Shown piece after piece: positions 10,936-21,756 of a stretch of DNA of 64,000 nt. The notes beneath the pieces are model-generated. The model made no database searches. It saw nothing but the letters and a program-made list of their open reading frames with translations, and was not told the DNA's origin. Position numbers and translations under genes: made by a program. Location: positions 4,774,001-4,838,000 of the forward strand of contig CATNEN010000007.1 of assembly GCA_950097015.1 (NCBI GenBank), read 5' to 3'. Position 1 is the first letter of the stretch. Every line of letters starts with the position of its first letter. The DNA comes from Macrostomum hystrix. Lineage: Eukaryota > Animalia > Platyhelminthes.

Positions 10936-13900
10936 ATGCCTAAGAAATCGTCAGCAGCAGCTTCGGCCGCAGCAGCAGCGGCAATTAAAGCTTCAAAGGC
11001 GCCTAGCGGTGGTGGCGTCGGCGCCCCCAATGGTGACGCAAAATTTATTGACAGCATCGATCCAGAGGATCCAGAATATCAGCGCCAGCTGATGCGCCCA
11101 GCCGAGATCAAGGAGGACTTGACCCTCATGGAGCATCGAAAGCGGGTCTCTCTGATTCTCAACTCGGAGGCATTCAGGCGGGAATTGGAGGAAATTGTCC
11201 AGAGCCAGATCCAGTCGGGCGGAGCCCAACCCGCGTCCCTGGACGCCCTGCGTCAGCTGAGCGACCTGCTGGTCCCGTCAGGCGCCGCCATCGCTGCTGG
11301 AGCCTCCGTGCTGCCTGTGAATGACCTTCGCGGCGGCGACGCTGCCGCCTACGGCCCAGAGGAGCGACTGCTGCGCTGCAAGCTGGCAGCAGTATACCGG
11401 CTGGTTGACCTGCACGGCTGGACTGAGGGAATCTACAATCATGTCACCGTAAGCGCTTCAATCTTGCTTTTGTTTTGTTTGACTCATTCTGTAGGTCAGT
11501 CTGACTCATTCTGTAGGTCAGTTTGACTCATTCTGTAGGTCAGTTTGTCTCATTCTGTAGGTCAGTCTGACTCATTCTGTAGGTCAGTTTGTCTCATTCT
11601 GTAGGTCAGTCTGACTCATTCTGTAGGTCAGTCTGACTCATTCTGTAGGTCAGTTTGTCTCATTCTGTAGGTCAGTCTGACTCATTCTGTAGGTCAGTTT
11701 GACTCATTCTGTAGGTCAGTTTGTCTCATTCTGTAGGTCAGTCTGACTCATTCTGTAGGTCAGTTTGACTCATTCTGTAGGTCAGTTTGTCTCATTCTGT
11801 AGGTCAGTCTGACTCATTCTGTAGATCAGTTTGTCTCATTCTGTAGGTCAGTCTGACTCATTCTGTAGGTCAGTTTGTCTCATTCTGTAGATCAGTCTGA
11901 CTCATTCTGTAGGTCAGTCTGACTCATTCTGTAGGTCAGTCTGACTCAGTCTGTAGGTCAGTTTGACTCATTCTGTAGGTCAGTTTGTCTCATTCTGTAG
12001 GTCAGTTTGACTCATTCTGTAGGTCAGTTTGTCTCATTCTGTAGGTCAGTTTGACTCATTCGGTAGGTCAGTTTGTCTCATTCTGTAGGTCAGTTTGACT
12101 CATCATGTAGGTCAGTTTGACTCATCATGTGGGTCAGTTTGACTCATCATGTAGGTCAGTTTGACTCATCATGTAGGTCAGTTTGACTCATCATGTAGGT
12201 CAGTTTGACTCATCATGTGGGTCAGTTTGACTCATCATGTAGGTCAGTTTGACTCACTCTGTAGGTCAGTTTGACTCATCATGTAGGTCAGTTTGACTCA
12301 CTCTGTAGGTCAGTTTGACTCATCATGTAGGTCAGTTTGACTCACTCTGTAGGTCAGTTTGACTCACTCTGTAGGTCAGTTTGACTCATCATGTAGGTCA
12401 GTTTGACTCACTCTGTAGGTCAGTTTGACTCACTCTGTAGGTCAGTTTGACTCACTCTGTAGGTCAGTTTGACTCATCATGTAGGTCAGTTTGACTCACT
12501 CTGTAGGTCAGTTTGACTCATCATGTAGGTCAGTTTGACTCACTCTGTAGGTCAGTTTGACTCATCATGTAGGTCAGTTTGACTCATCATGTAGGTCAGT
12601 TTGACTCACTCTGTAGGTCAGTTTGACTCACTCTGTAGGTCAGTTTGACTCATCATGTAGGTCAGTTTGACTCACTCTGTAGGTCAGTTTGACTCAGTCT
12701 GTAGGTCAGTTTGACTCATCATGTAGGTCAGTTTGACTCATCATGTAGGTCAGTTTGACTCATCATGTAGGTCAGTTTGACTCACTCCTTAGGTCAGTTT
12801 GACTCACTCTGTAGGTCAGTTTGACTCACTCTGTAGGTCAGTTTGACTCATCATGTAGGTCAGTTTGACTCACTCTGTAGGTCAGTTTGACTCACTCTGT
12901 AGGTCAGTTTGACTCACTCTGTAGGTCAGTTTGACTCACTCTGTAGGTCAGTTTGACTCATCATGTAGGTCAGTTTGACTCACTCTGTAGGTCAGTTTGA
13001 CTCATCATGTAGGTCAGTTTGACTCACTCTGTAGGTCAGTTTGACTCACTCTGTAGGTCAGTTTGACTCATCATGTAGGTCAGTTTGACTCATCATGTAG
13101 GTCAGTTTGACTCACTCTGTAGGTCAGTTTGACTCACTCTGTAGGTCAGTTTGACTCATCATGTAGGTCAGTTTGACTCACTCTGTAGGTCAGTTTGACT
13201 CACTCTGTAGGTCAGTTTGACTCACTCTGTAGGTCAGTTTGACTCATCATGTAGGTCAGTTTGACTCATCATGTAGGTCAGTTTGACTCACTCTGTAGGT
13301 CAGTTTGACTCACTCTGTAGGTCAGTTTGACTCATCATGTAGGTCAGTTTGACTCACTCTGTAGGTCAGTTTGACTCACTCTGTAGGTCTGTTTGACTCA
13401 CTCTGTAGGTCTGTTTGACTCACTCTGTAGGTCTGTAGGTCACCGTGTTTGTGTTTGCTTGTTATTCCAGATTTTACAATCGAAATATGGTTGGAAAATG
13501 TATCAGAGGTTGAGGGTCATGCTGTACATGCTATTGGCTATGTTGCATTAACTGCCAAATACCAGACATCACTGATAATGACTACTGTGTGCCCGCACCA
13601 GCCCCAAGCGAGTGTGTGAGCGTCTGCGTTGCACTGCTTCTATTTGTGTCTCTTTAACTGTGTGATAGTCACAGAGCTTTGCGGCCTGCTGTGCTGCAGT
13701 GTAAATAAATAGCTGCATTTGGAATTCATGTTTCTTGTTTTCAAATTCATCTTTCAAGATTCTTTTTCGCAAAATTTATTATGGTTATATTATCACAAAC
13801 GTTAAGCATTCTTCAAGCAAAGCTTCGCGTTTCTTGTACGTTTAAAACTCCGTAAATCATTCAGACATTTAACAAATTTAGAAATAATTTTCTGCTGCTG

Positions 13901-15922
13901 AACTAATCCATAAAGGATTTGGGATCAGCAGCTCAACTAATCCATAAAGGATTTGGGATCAGCTGCCCAACTAATCCATAAAGGATTTGGGATCAGCAGC
14001 TCAACTAATCCATAAAGGATTTGGGATCAGCTGCCCAAGTAATCCATAAAGGATTTGAGAGTTAGTAGTCCCAATAATTTCTTATTTATTGTGAGAGTAA
14101 CAGTTTCAATGGAAACTGTGAAGTGCGTGAGTTAGATTTCCCCACAAACGGCCCAATGACATCCCCAGGCCCGAGTGGAAGGCGGCAGTGAGCACTTTCT
14201 AATCAACCCGTTCGGCCTGGAGTACCGGGAGATCACCGCGGCCAGCCTAGTTAAGATTGACCTGGCAGGTGAAATTGTGGATCGCGGCTGCACGGTGTTC
14301 GGCGTGAACAAGGCCGGCTGGGTGCTGCACTCGGCCATTCACTCGGCCAGGCCTGACATTCGCGCCATTGTGCACACGCACACTAGCGAAGTCCTGGCCG
14401 TCGCCAACAGCCGCTGCGGCCTGCTGCCGCTGAGCCCGGAGTCTCTAGCCGTGATGGACGACATTGCCTATCACGAATTTCGCGGCATTGTGTCGGACGA
14501 GAATGAGCGCTCGGCCCTGATTGCGTCCATCGGCAAGCGGGCGAATATTCTGCTGCTGCGGCATCACGGAATGTGCGCCTGCGGCTCCACCCTGGAGGAG
14601 GCCTGGCGCCGGGCCGAACTGCTCATAAAGGCTGCCAGCATACAGCTGGAGAGCCTGCGTGCCGCCGGCGGCCCGGAGAATCTCTGGCTGCCGTCGGATG
14701 CCGCGGTGGCCGCTGGCAAGGCTTCGATTGCGCGCTCCCAGGGTCGCGACGGCTGGAGTTTCGGCCAGCTGGAGTTCGAGGCCGCTATGAGGGAGCTGGA
14801 CGCTGCCGGCTACAGGACCGGCTACGTCTACCGCGAGCCCCGGCTGCGGGCGCCCGCCGATAGGCCACGGCCGCAGCAGCAGCCGCCGACGCCGCCGCCT
14901 GAGGTCCTGGAGAAAGAGCAGGATGAGGCGCAGGAGAGTCCGGGTGAGATTCCAGGAGAGTCTCTTTGCCTTCGCATCCCCTGATTAGATGGTATTCGAT
15001 CCCATCTTCTTTACCTTCCCATCCCCTCAGACGTTCTTCAATCCCATCCCCTCAGACGGTCTTCAATCCCATTCCCTCAGGTGGTCTTCAATCCCATCCC
15101 CTCAGGTGGTCATCAATCCCATCCCCTCAGGTGGTCTTCAATCCCATCCCCTCAGATGGTCTTCAATCCCATCCCCTCAGATGGTCTTCAATCCCATCCC
15201 CTCAGATGGTCTTCATCTTTTCAATTCCATCCTTTGAATCTCTGGGGGGATCTTTCCAGTGCTTGCTTCACCTTCCACAGGTTCGTCCCACTCCTTGTCT
15301 CTAGGTGGTTCTCAAAAGCTACAGCGCACCACTAGTTTAGGCTCTTCTATCTCAGTCTCCTCACAGCAACTAGTTTGCCAGCCTCTATTCAGTTCAAACC
15401 GCTTTGTAAGAGAAGTCAGCGATAGTATATTTCACTGGGGAGAGATGGGAGATATTCACAGATAGAGCGGGATTTCTCTCTCTAGTGTTCCCATTACTCG
15501 ATTATCTCAGAGATGTTGCTGCATGGACCGGAGTTCAGATAAATGCTCTATTCGATTTGGGCCCACTAAATTATTTTCTAAGGCTTTGCTTATACATCGC
15601 GCTACAATACTGCTAGTTCAATATTAGTTATATTTTTCCCAGGCCAGGCTTGTTACGCAATCGTCCCTAATTGTACCTTGGCCTATCTAATGTTTTTTCA
15701 GTCGACGAATCAGCGAAGGACCTATCGGAACCTGAATCTGAAGCGGATGCTCAGCCAGAGCAGGAACCGGATGTTGCTGACAAACCTGTGGCGGGTATGT
15801 AATACAAATCTATACACTTTGGGATCCTGTTTATTGGGGAGGTAGGATTTGAGAACATCTTTTGCTGTTTTTTAATTTACAATATAAAATTATCCCTTTG
15901 TCTTGTAGCTCAGTCAGAGGTT

Positions 15923-15962
<40 letters not shown>

Positions 15963-15973
15963 CTGAAGCCTGA
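10936..15973 (+). CDS. ADD: Adducin-like protein (class II aldolase/adducin head plus neck, acidic poly-Q tail), ~481 aa
   Basis: Exons 10936-11448, 14169-14943, 15702-15794, 15909-15973 with GT-AG junctions and consistent phases (0,1,1). Motifs RCKLAAVYRLVDLHGW..IYNHVT|ARV..EHFLINPFG, LHSAIH, VHTH, LDAAGYRTGYVYR. Confidence 0.85.
11478..13440. repeat. Intronic minisatellite, 22-bp unit (~89 copies)
   Basis: TTTGACTCA(TTC/TCA/CTC)TGTAGGTCAG tandem array in adducin intron 1. Confidence 0.95.
13901..14057. repeat. Minisatellite, 34-bp unit (~4.5 copies)
   Basis: AACTAATCCATAAAGGATTTGGGATCAGCAGCTC repeated; each unit contains an AATCC/GGATT mini-hairpin. Confidence 0.9.
14993..15215. repeat. 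Intronic minisatellite, 25-bp unit
   Basis: TCAATCCCATCCCCTCAGATGGTCT tandem copies in adducin intron 2. Confidence 0.9.
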
Positions 15974-17959
15974 AATACCAGCAGTCAGAAATGGATGAAT
16001 TATTGATTTTCTATATGCTATTATTATTAACAAGGGCATGCCTAGAAATGGACACCTGTAAGTCTCGCTGCATGTCCTGTGGCGCTAATCTAGTTAGCTT
16101 TAAAAAACTAATAAAATACATTTTATACTTGTGTAAGTCATCCAACTATACTACTATCTATTATTACAAGTAGCGAGTTATATTTAGAATTTAAATTTAA
16201 TCTGAAACCAGTTCGGCGCGCACCTGTTTGTCAGTAGTTTGCGCGTGGCTTATCAAAGATGCGTCTGCTTTCGGAAATATTTTCGCACTAGAAAATTGTT
16301 GTGTATCTTGTCTTCAATAAGTTTCACTTTAAAGATTAGAAAGCTGCTGTTAGGCCAGAACTGCGAGCCCGGTCACCGCAATTTGCTGTTTTTTATCTCA
16401 ATTTTTCTAACTATTTAGCTGCCTAAAAATCCCGTCATCTTCCCTTGCTTTTCAAACATACATTTATACACTTTGTAATTATTTTTAGATATTTTTGCTT
16501 AGCACTATGAAATATGATAGCCACAGTAGACACTATCGATATTTTGCTGTTTTTTTCTAAAAGCTACAAAAAACTAGTTGAATTCAGAAAGATTTTTCTC
16601 TCCATTGCCAGTTTGTCAGACTTGCCCGCGTGTGCAGTTGCTGTTTTCCAGTTTTAGTCTCGAAATAAACAATTGCTACAGGTTTATTGTTTAATTGTAT
16701 TGCTTTAAATTCGGTAAAAGTGTTTAGTAGTTGGCTAGTTGACAAGCTTGATTCATTTCCGCTAAAATATTCGATATCTTATCTGCCGCCGGCTTTATAA
16801 TTATTTTTTGTACTTTTCTTAATTTTGCCTGGCCCGCATGTCTGTCCGATTTGGTCATTTTCAGTTTCCGTAATTCGTTTCATTTCGCAAATAATAGTTT
16901 TTTTCTGCATGCGTGCGCTAATCTGGCTACTGACCTAACACTGTATCAGTAGGACTGACAGCACATGCAATCTAAACTTTTCGTTGAATCGTGTGTTTCA
17001 CTGTATTAATTTCTAATTAAGCTTTAGACTTAACTAATTACAAGCTGAATTCCTTTACAAATCGGACAATCTTCAAATCGCTGTTTCGTTCATTGCAAAA
17101 GACAAAAAATCAACAAAAATTTCTGACCACAATTTCAACGCCTTGCAATAACCGTTCTGTTTGCTGCCACTGACTCGACTGTAAATAGATTATGCTTTAG
17201 ATCATCAATAGCTAATCTAACCTGCTATTTACATTATTCAGGCTTAGAAACCATTTTTCCTATTTACAATAGCCTGGAAGTGCTTCTTCAATAATTCAAT
17301 TTTAGCCAATATTTTATCATCTTCTCCATTGATGAACAAAGACGTTGTGTGGTCTTTGTTTGGCTGAGATATTTATAAATTTGTTTTTAATTTCCTAGTA
17401 GCTTATTTTTTTCTATTTTCTAGTGTTTATTCCGGCGCATAGCTTAGTGATTTATTAATTTTTTTAAGCCACATTTAATTCTTACAAAAAATGCTTATTA
17501 ATTCCTTAAATTTATATAGCTACTATTTTACTGATATCATTGGACCCACCATCAGCGATTGATTAGCTTTCTAATTATCCGTTCATGCCTTAGTAGGCCT
17601 TGCTTCTGGCTTGTTTTTTGCGAGGAACCAGCACTTATTCGTTACTTTTTGATCGTTACATTTTAAACTCTATCGATTTGCAACCTGGCTATTTAGCAAT
17701 GGCTGCTCATGTATGTTACTGATCCCACATATGTTTTCACCTCTGGCCGGCAACTGACGAAATTCTCGGATTTTCGGAGCAAAACAATACGAGTATTATT
17801 ATTATTAATCATTACTATTATATACAACTAACTAATAGTTATTGAAACTTTTAGCATACCTTACTTAGCCCAGCTAATTTGTGCTTGAAGAATTGCTGGC
17901 CGGTATTTCTAACAGGATTTCCGTGTTTTATTTTCCTTTTTAATATACGAGTACGAAGC

Positions 17960-18600
17960 GTGAAATGTCATTAAAAACTGGGCTTCTGACAGCTGAAATG
18001 TCATGAGAAACTGGGCATCAGAAACTCGAAATGTCATGAGAAACTGGGCATCAGAAACTCGAAATGTCATGAGAAACTGGGCATCTGAGACACGAAATGT
18101 CATGAGAAACTGGGCATCAGAAATCCGAGATGTCACGAGAAACTGGCCATCAGAGACACGAAATGTCATGAGAAACTGGGCATCAGAAATCCGAGATGTC
18201 ACGAGAAACTGGCCATCAGAGACACGAAATGTCATGAGAAACTGGGCATTTGACACCCGAAATGTCATGAGAAACTGGGCATCAGAGACACGAAATGTCA
18301 TGAGAAACTGGGCATTTGACACCCGAAATGTCATGAGAAACTGGGCATCAGAGACACGAAATGTCATGAGAAACTGGGCATTTGACACCCGAAATGTCAT
18401 GAGAAACTGGGCATTTGACACCCGAAATGTCATGAGAAACTGGGCATCTGAGATACGAAATGTCATGAGAAACTGGGCATCAGAAACACGAAATGTCATG
18501 AGAAACTGGGCATCAGAAACACGAAATGTCATGATCGAAACTGGGCATCTGACACCCGAAATGTCAGGATAACTGACTGGAGCTCAGAAACCTGAAATGT
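17960..18600. repeat. Minisatellite, 33-bp unit
   Basis: GAAATGTCATGAGAAACTGGGCATCAGAAACTC and variants in tandem. Confidence 0.9.
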
Positions 18601-21600
18601 AATGAAAGTGAAACATTGAACAAAACTTTCTGATAAAAGGACAAGGCCAGCACTGTGCAAGGCTGAAGAGCTTATTTCCTGCCGCTGAATTGTCATCCTC
18701 GTTGAGTTTGTTTAAAAGCGGAAAGTTGTACAGTAATTAGTGTCGCGTAAATGTCAAAGTATGCAGTATGGCGAGTGGGAAATAGGAGTTAAACTCCCCT
18801 TCGTGTGGCGTGTGTTGTGTGTGACGCAGCTCCGTGCCCTGGGCCCGCGAGAATGGGAAACTGCGAATAGGGGATTAGCGGACAGCTCAGCACGGCCCCC
18901 AACCCCACCCCAGTTCAGTTAATTGGCCGAGTGTGGAGGAGAGCTCCCCTCATTTCCGCAGTTATCCCAATCCTGGCATATTCATCTAAGGACGGTAGGA
19001 CTTCGTAGGACAAGTATAGATGTCTAAGCGTGAGATCCCATCTTTCCAAGCGTCCCATTGGTATATTGATTCCGCTTGTGAGACTAACTGTACAGTTCCT
19101 GGTGTCATGTACATGAGAGATCATCAGCTGACTCAGCCTTAATCATGTACATTGGGCTGGAAAGATCTCGGATTAGTTAGACTGTTAGTTAGCTTTGGAT
19201 TGCATAGTGGATGCAAAAAATTCACGTTATTCAGATTCAACGCTTTCTGAAGCGGCACACGAATATGTGTATGTAAAATGATTTAGGTTATGGCGGTAGG
19301 CCGGCTGTAGATGATGACTCACACTCATCTTGGTCTGTCTGATCGAAGTCTGTCTGGATCTGGTCTGTGGGGCAATGGGACGGCAGAAAAAAATCGATTG
19401 GATCTGAAGTTTTCCTGGTACTTGACCTTGAGTAGAAATGCATCAGTTTTACTGTACGAGTTATGAGTATGCCAATCGGGTCTGATCGTGAGCAAGGGCC
19501 TGTAATCTAAGTACTATAGTCATTGTCAAATAAAGAAATCAGCTGACAGTCGGCTGATAGGGTCACATGATCCGCCATGTTTTAGTGGTAGGAATAGGAT
19601 CAACCAACCCTTACTTGCGCACTCGTCCCCAGTATGGGAAGCTAGAGCACTGTGACTTGGCTCTAGTTCATTTATTTCATTCAGTTCGGATACGTGTGTG
19701 AGTACGCCCAGTTATGCTTATGCATGCCGCATGCCCTGACTGTTACCAGCCAGTCCACTCTGCAGTCCCTGCCCCTGGTGTTTGGTTTGCACGTGGACCA
19801 GGACAGGCAAGAGGAAAGCAAAATAGCATTCTTTGTGCACAGAAATAATAATAAGAATTGGTCTCGTGCGCTTTTGCTTTCGCCAGTCCCGTCCTGTCTG
19901 TATTTCGAAGGCCTTCGTGTGCAGGCACGGGCCAGTGGCGCTCTCCTATCCACTCCAAAGAGAAGACACCCCCTTTGCCCCTGGCTGCTTTCACACAGCG
20001 ATGAATTTGACATTATTGGAATAATAATTACAGACCTTTCGAGTGCATTCCTATACAAAACATTTTATAAGCGCTTATAAGGTCCGGCGTTGTTAGCTGG
20101 GTCTCGTGGAGAGCCCAAAAATTTTGCTGTCTGTCTCGTATCGGGTTTGGAGCGGGGGCTTGGGCTGACTCACATTGCTTACGGGTCACAGCCAGGCCAC
20201 AGCGAGGGGGCCGCTGATTCACGCTCCGCTCACTCACCAAGCACAAAGCGAAGCCTTTCCTGTTCTCTCTGTCCGCCTTGCTGTCTTCCTGCAGCCCGCA
20301 GCGGGTGCTAGGGGCAGATATTTGCGTTCTTTCCTCACCCGACCCAACCAAACCCGGCCGCCAACCCCCCCGAAACCACCGCGGATCGCGCGCCAGCAAT
20401 GGCCGGCCCGCCAGCCCGCCCCTCCGCCTCAGTGCCTTCGCTTCAAAAAGGGCTGCCGTGCCCCGGGAACCCCGGCAGGAGCCCAGCCCGCCGCCGACCA
20501 GCCACCACCACCCTAGCTCGGACCCACGTTCTGTATTTATTTGCCTCTAACGCGGCCAAGTCTTCTTCTAGAAGAAAAAAACTGGGCTTTCCTTTTCCTC
20601 CTTTCCTTTTTACTTGGGCAGTCTGTTGTGACCTTTCCTGTCCGTAGGCATACGCGGTAAGTTGCGCGAAACACACTTCGTCGGAGAGACAGGCAGACAA
20701 GACTTTGTATAGCCCACAATTTGCTACTGCGTCTGCTGTTAGAATTAAAAGTTCGTCAGTCTGCAATCGCAGTCGGCTTATAAAAATGTTGTTTAAATGT
20801 ACTCGGTACACAAACTGTCGGATCATCTCTGCCTATCAGTAGTGCATTTTTATTGAGACCAGCCCTCAGTCTGCTAACTACATATAAATGCATTATCTGG
20901 TATGCAGTGACTCAGATCCTTAGTCTGCGGAATTTTGCTTTTGCTCCAGCATCTATTGGTCCATTCACTAACAATACTAAACACTTTCCCAACAAAGTAT
21001 TTTATTTACTAAACGTTTCACACTTCTAGCCGTCTTAGATAAATACTATAATGCATGTGTATTCTATCTGCCTAGTTTACTGTTTGAATTCCAATATAAT
21101 TTCTAATAAAGTTCGCGGACCTGAAGAATGTAGATTCGTGGAGAGCCTCAAGAAAAGTAAAATAGTGATTCGGCAATTTTCTCGCTTTCAAGTTCCCAAC
21201 ATTTTACGATAGCAAAATTTTTGTAACGGCTGCTAGTATAGTAAGTGTGAATTATAGTATGAGTTCGGTTGTGATTATGACATTATACACTTAAAATGTG
21301 AAGCTTGCTTAAAATGTTGACAATTACAGTTTAATCGTTATTGTCTCTTTCGATTTTCCGTGCGCGTAACTCCCGAACGTTGCTCTTTTTAATAAGTTGA
21401 AATTAAGCTTAAGGACTTTATTTAGAAAAATGAAAAACTATTTGTTTGCGTTAGCTGCAACTGAGTTAGTCTGAGCACAATATTGGTTCCAGAGCAATCC
21501 ATTATACAGCAGTGCATGAACTGACCAATTGAAGCAATGAATTACATTTTGATAAAGCCATCTGAAGTCATCGTACCTATTAAATATTAGCCTGTAATAA

Positions 21601-21756
21601 ATCGACACCTTTGTCGTGCTATTAGCTAAATTGCACAGTCGTAAATTACGATGGATACAACCATACTACACTACTGTCGAAAGTAGGCACGACAGAATGA
21701 AGCAATGTACAAGCTCTGCACCCTGTATTTTTAGTTTGCCTAGGTAATATAGGCAA

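Noticed and set aside
18003-18572. MRNWASETRNV repeat ORF and its antisense partner
   Set aside because: 33-bp minisatellite open by chance; variation is not synonymous-biased and there is no promoter or unique flanking coding sequence.
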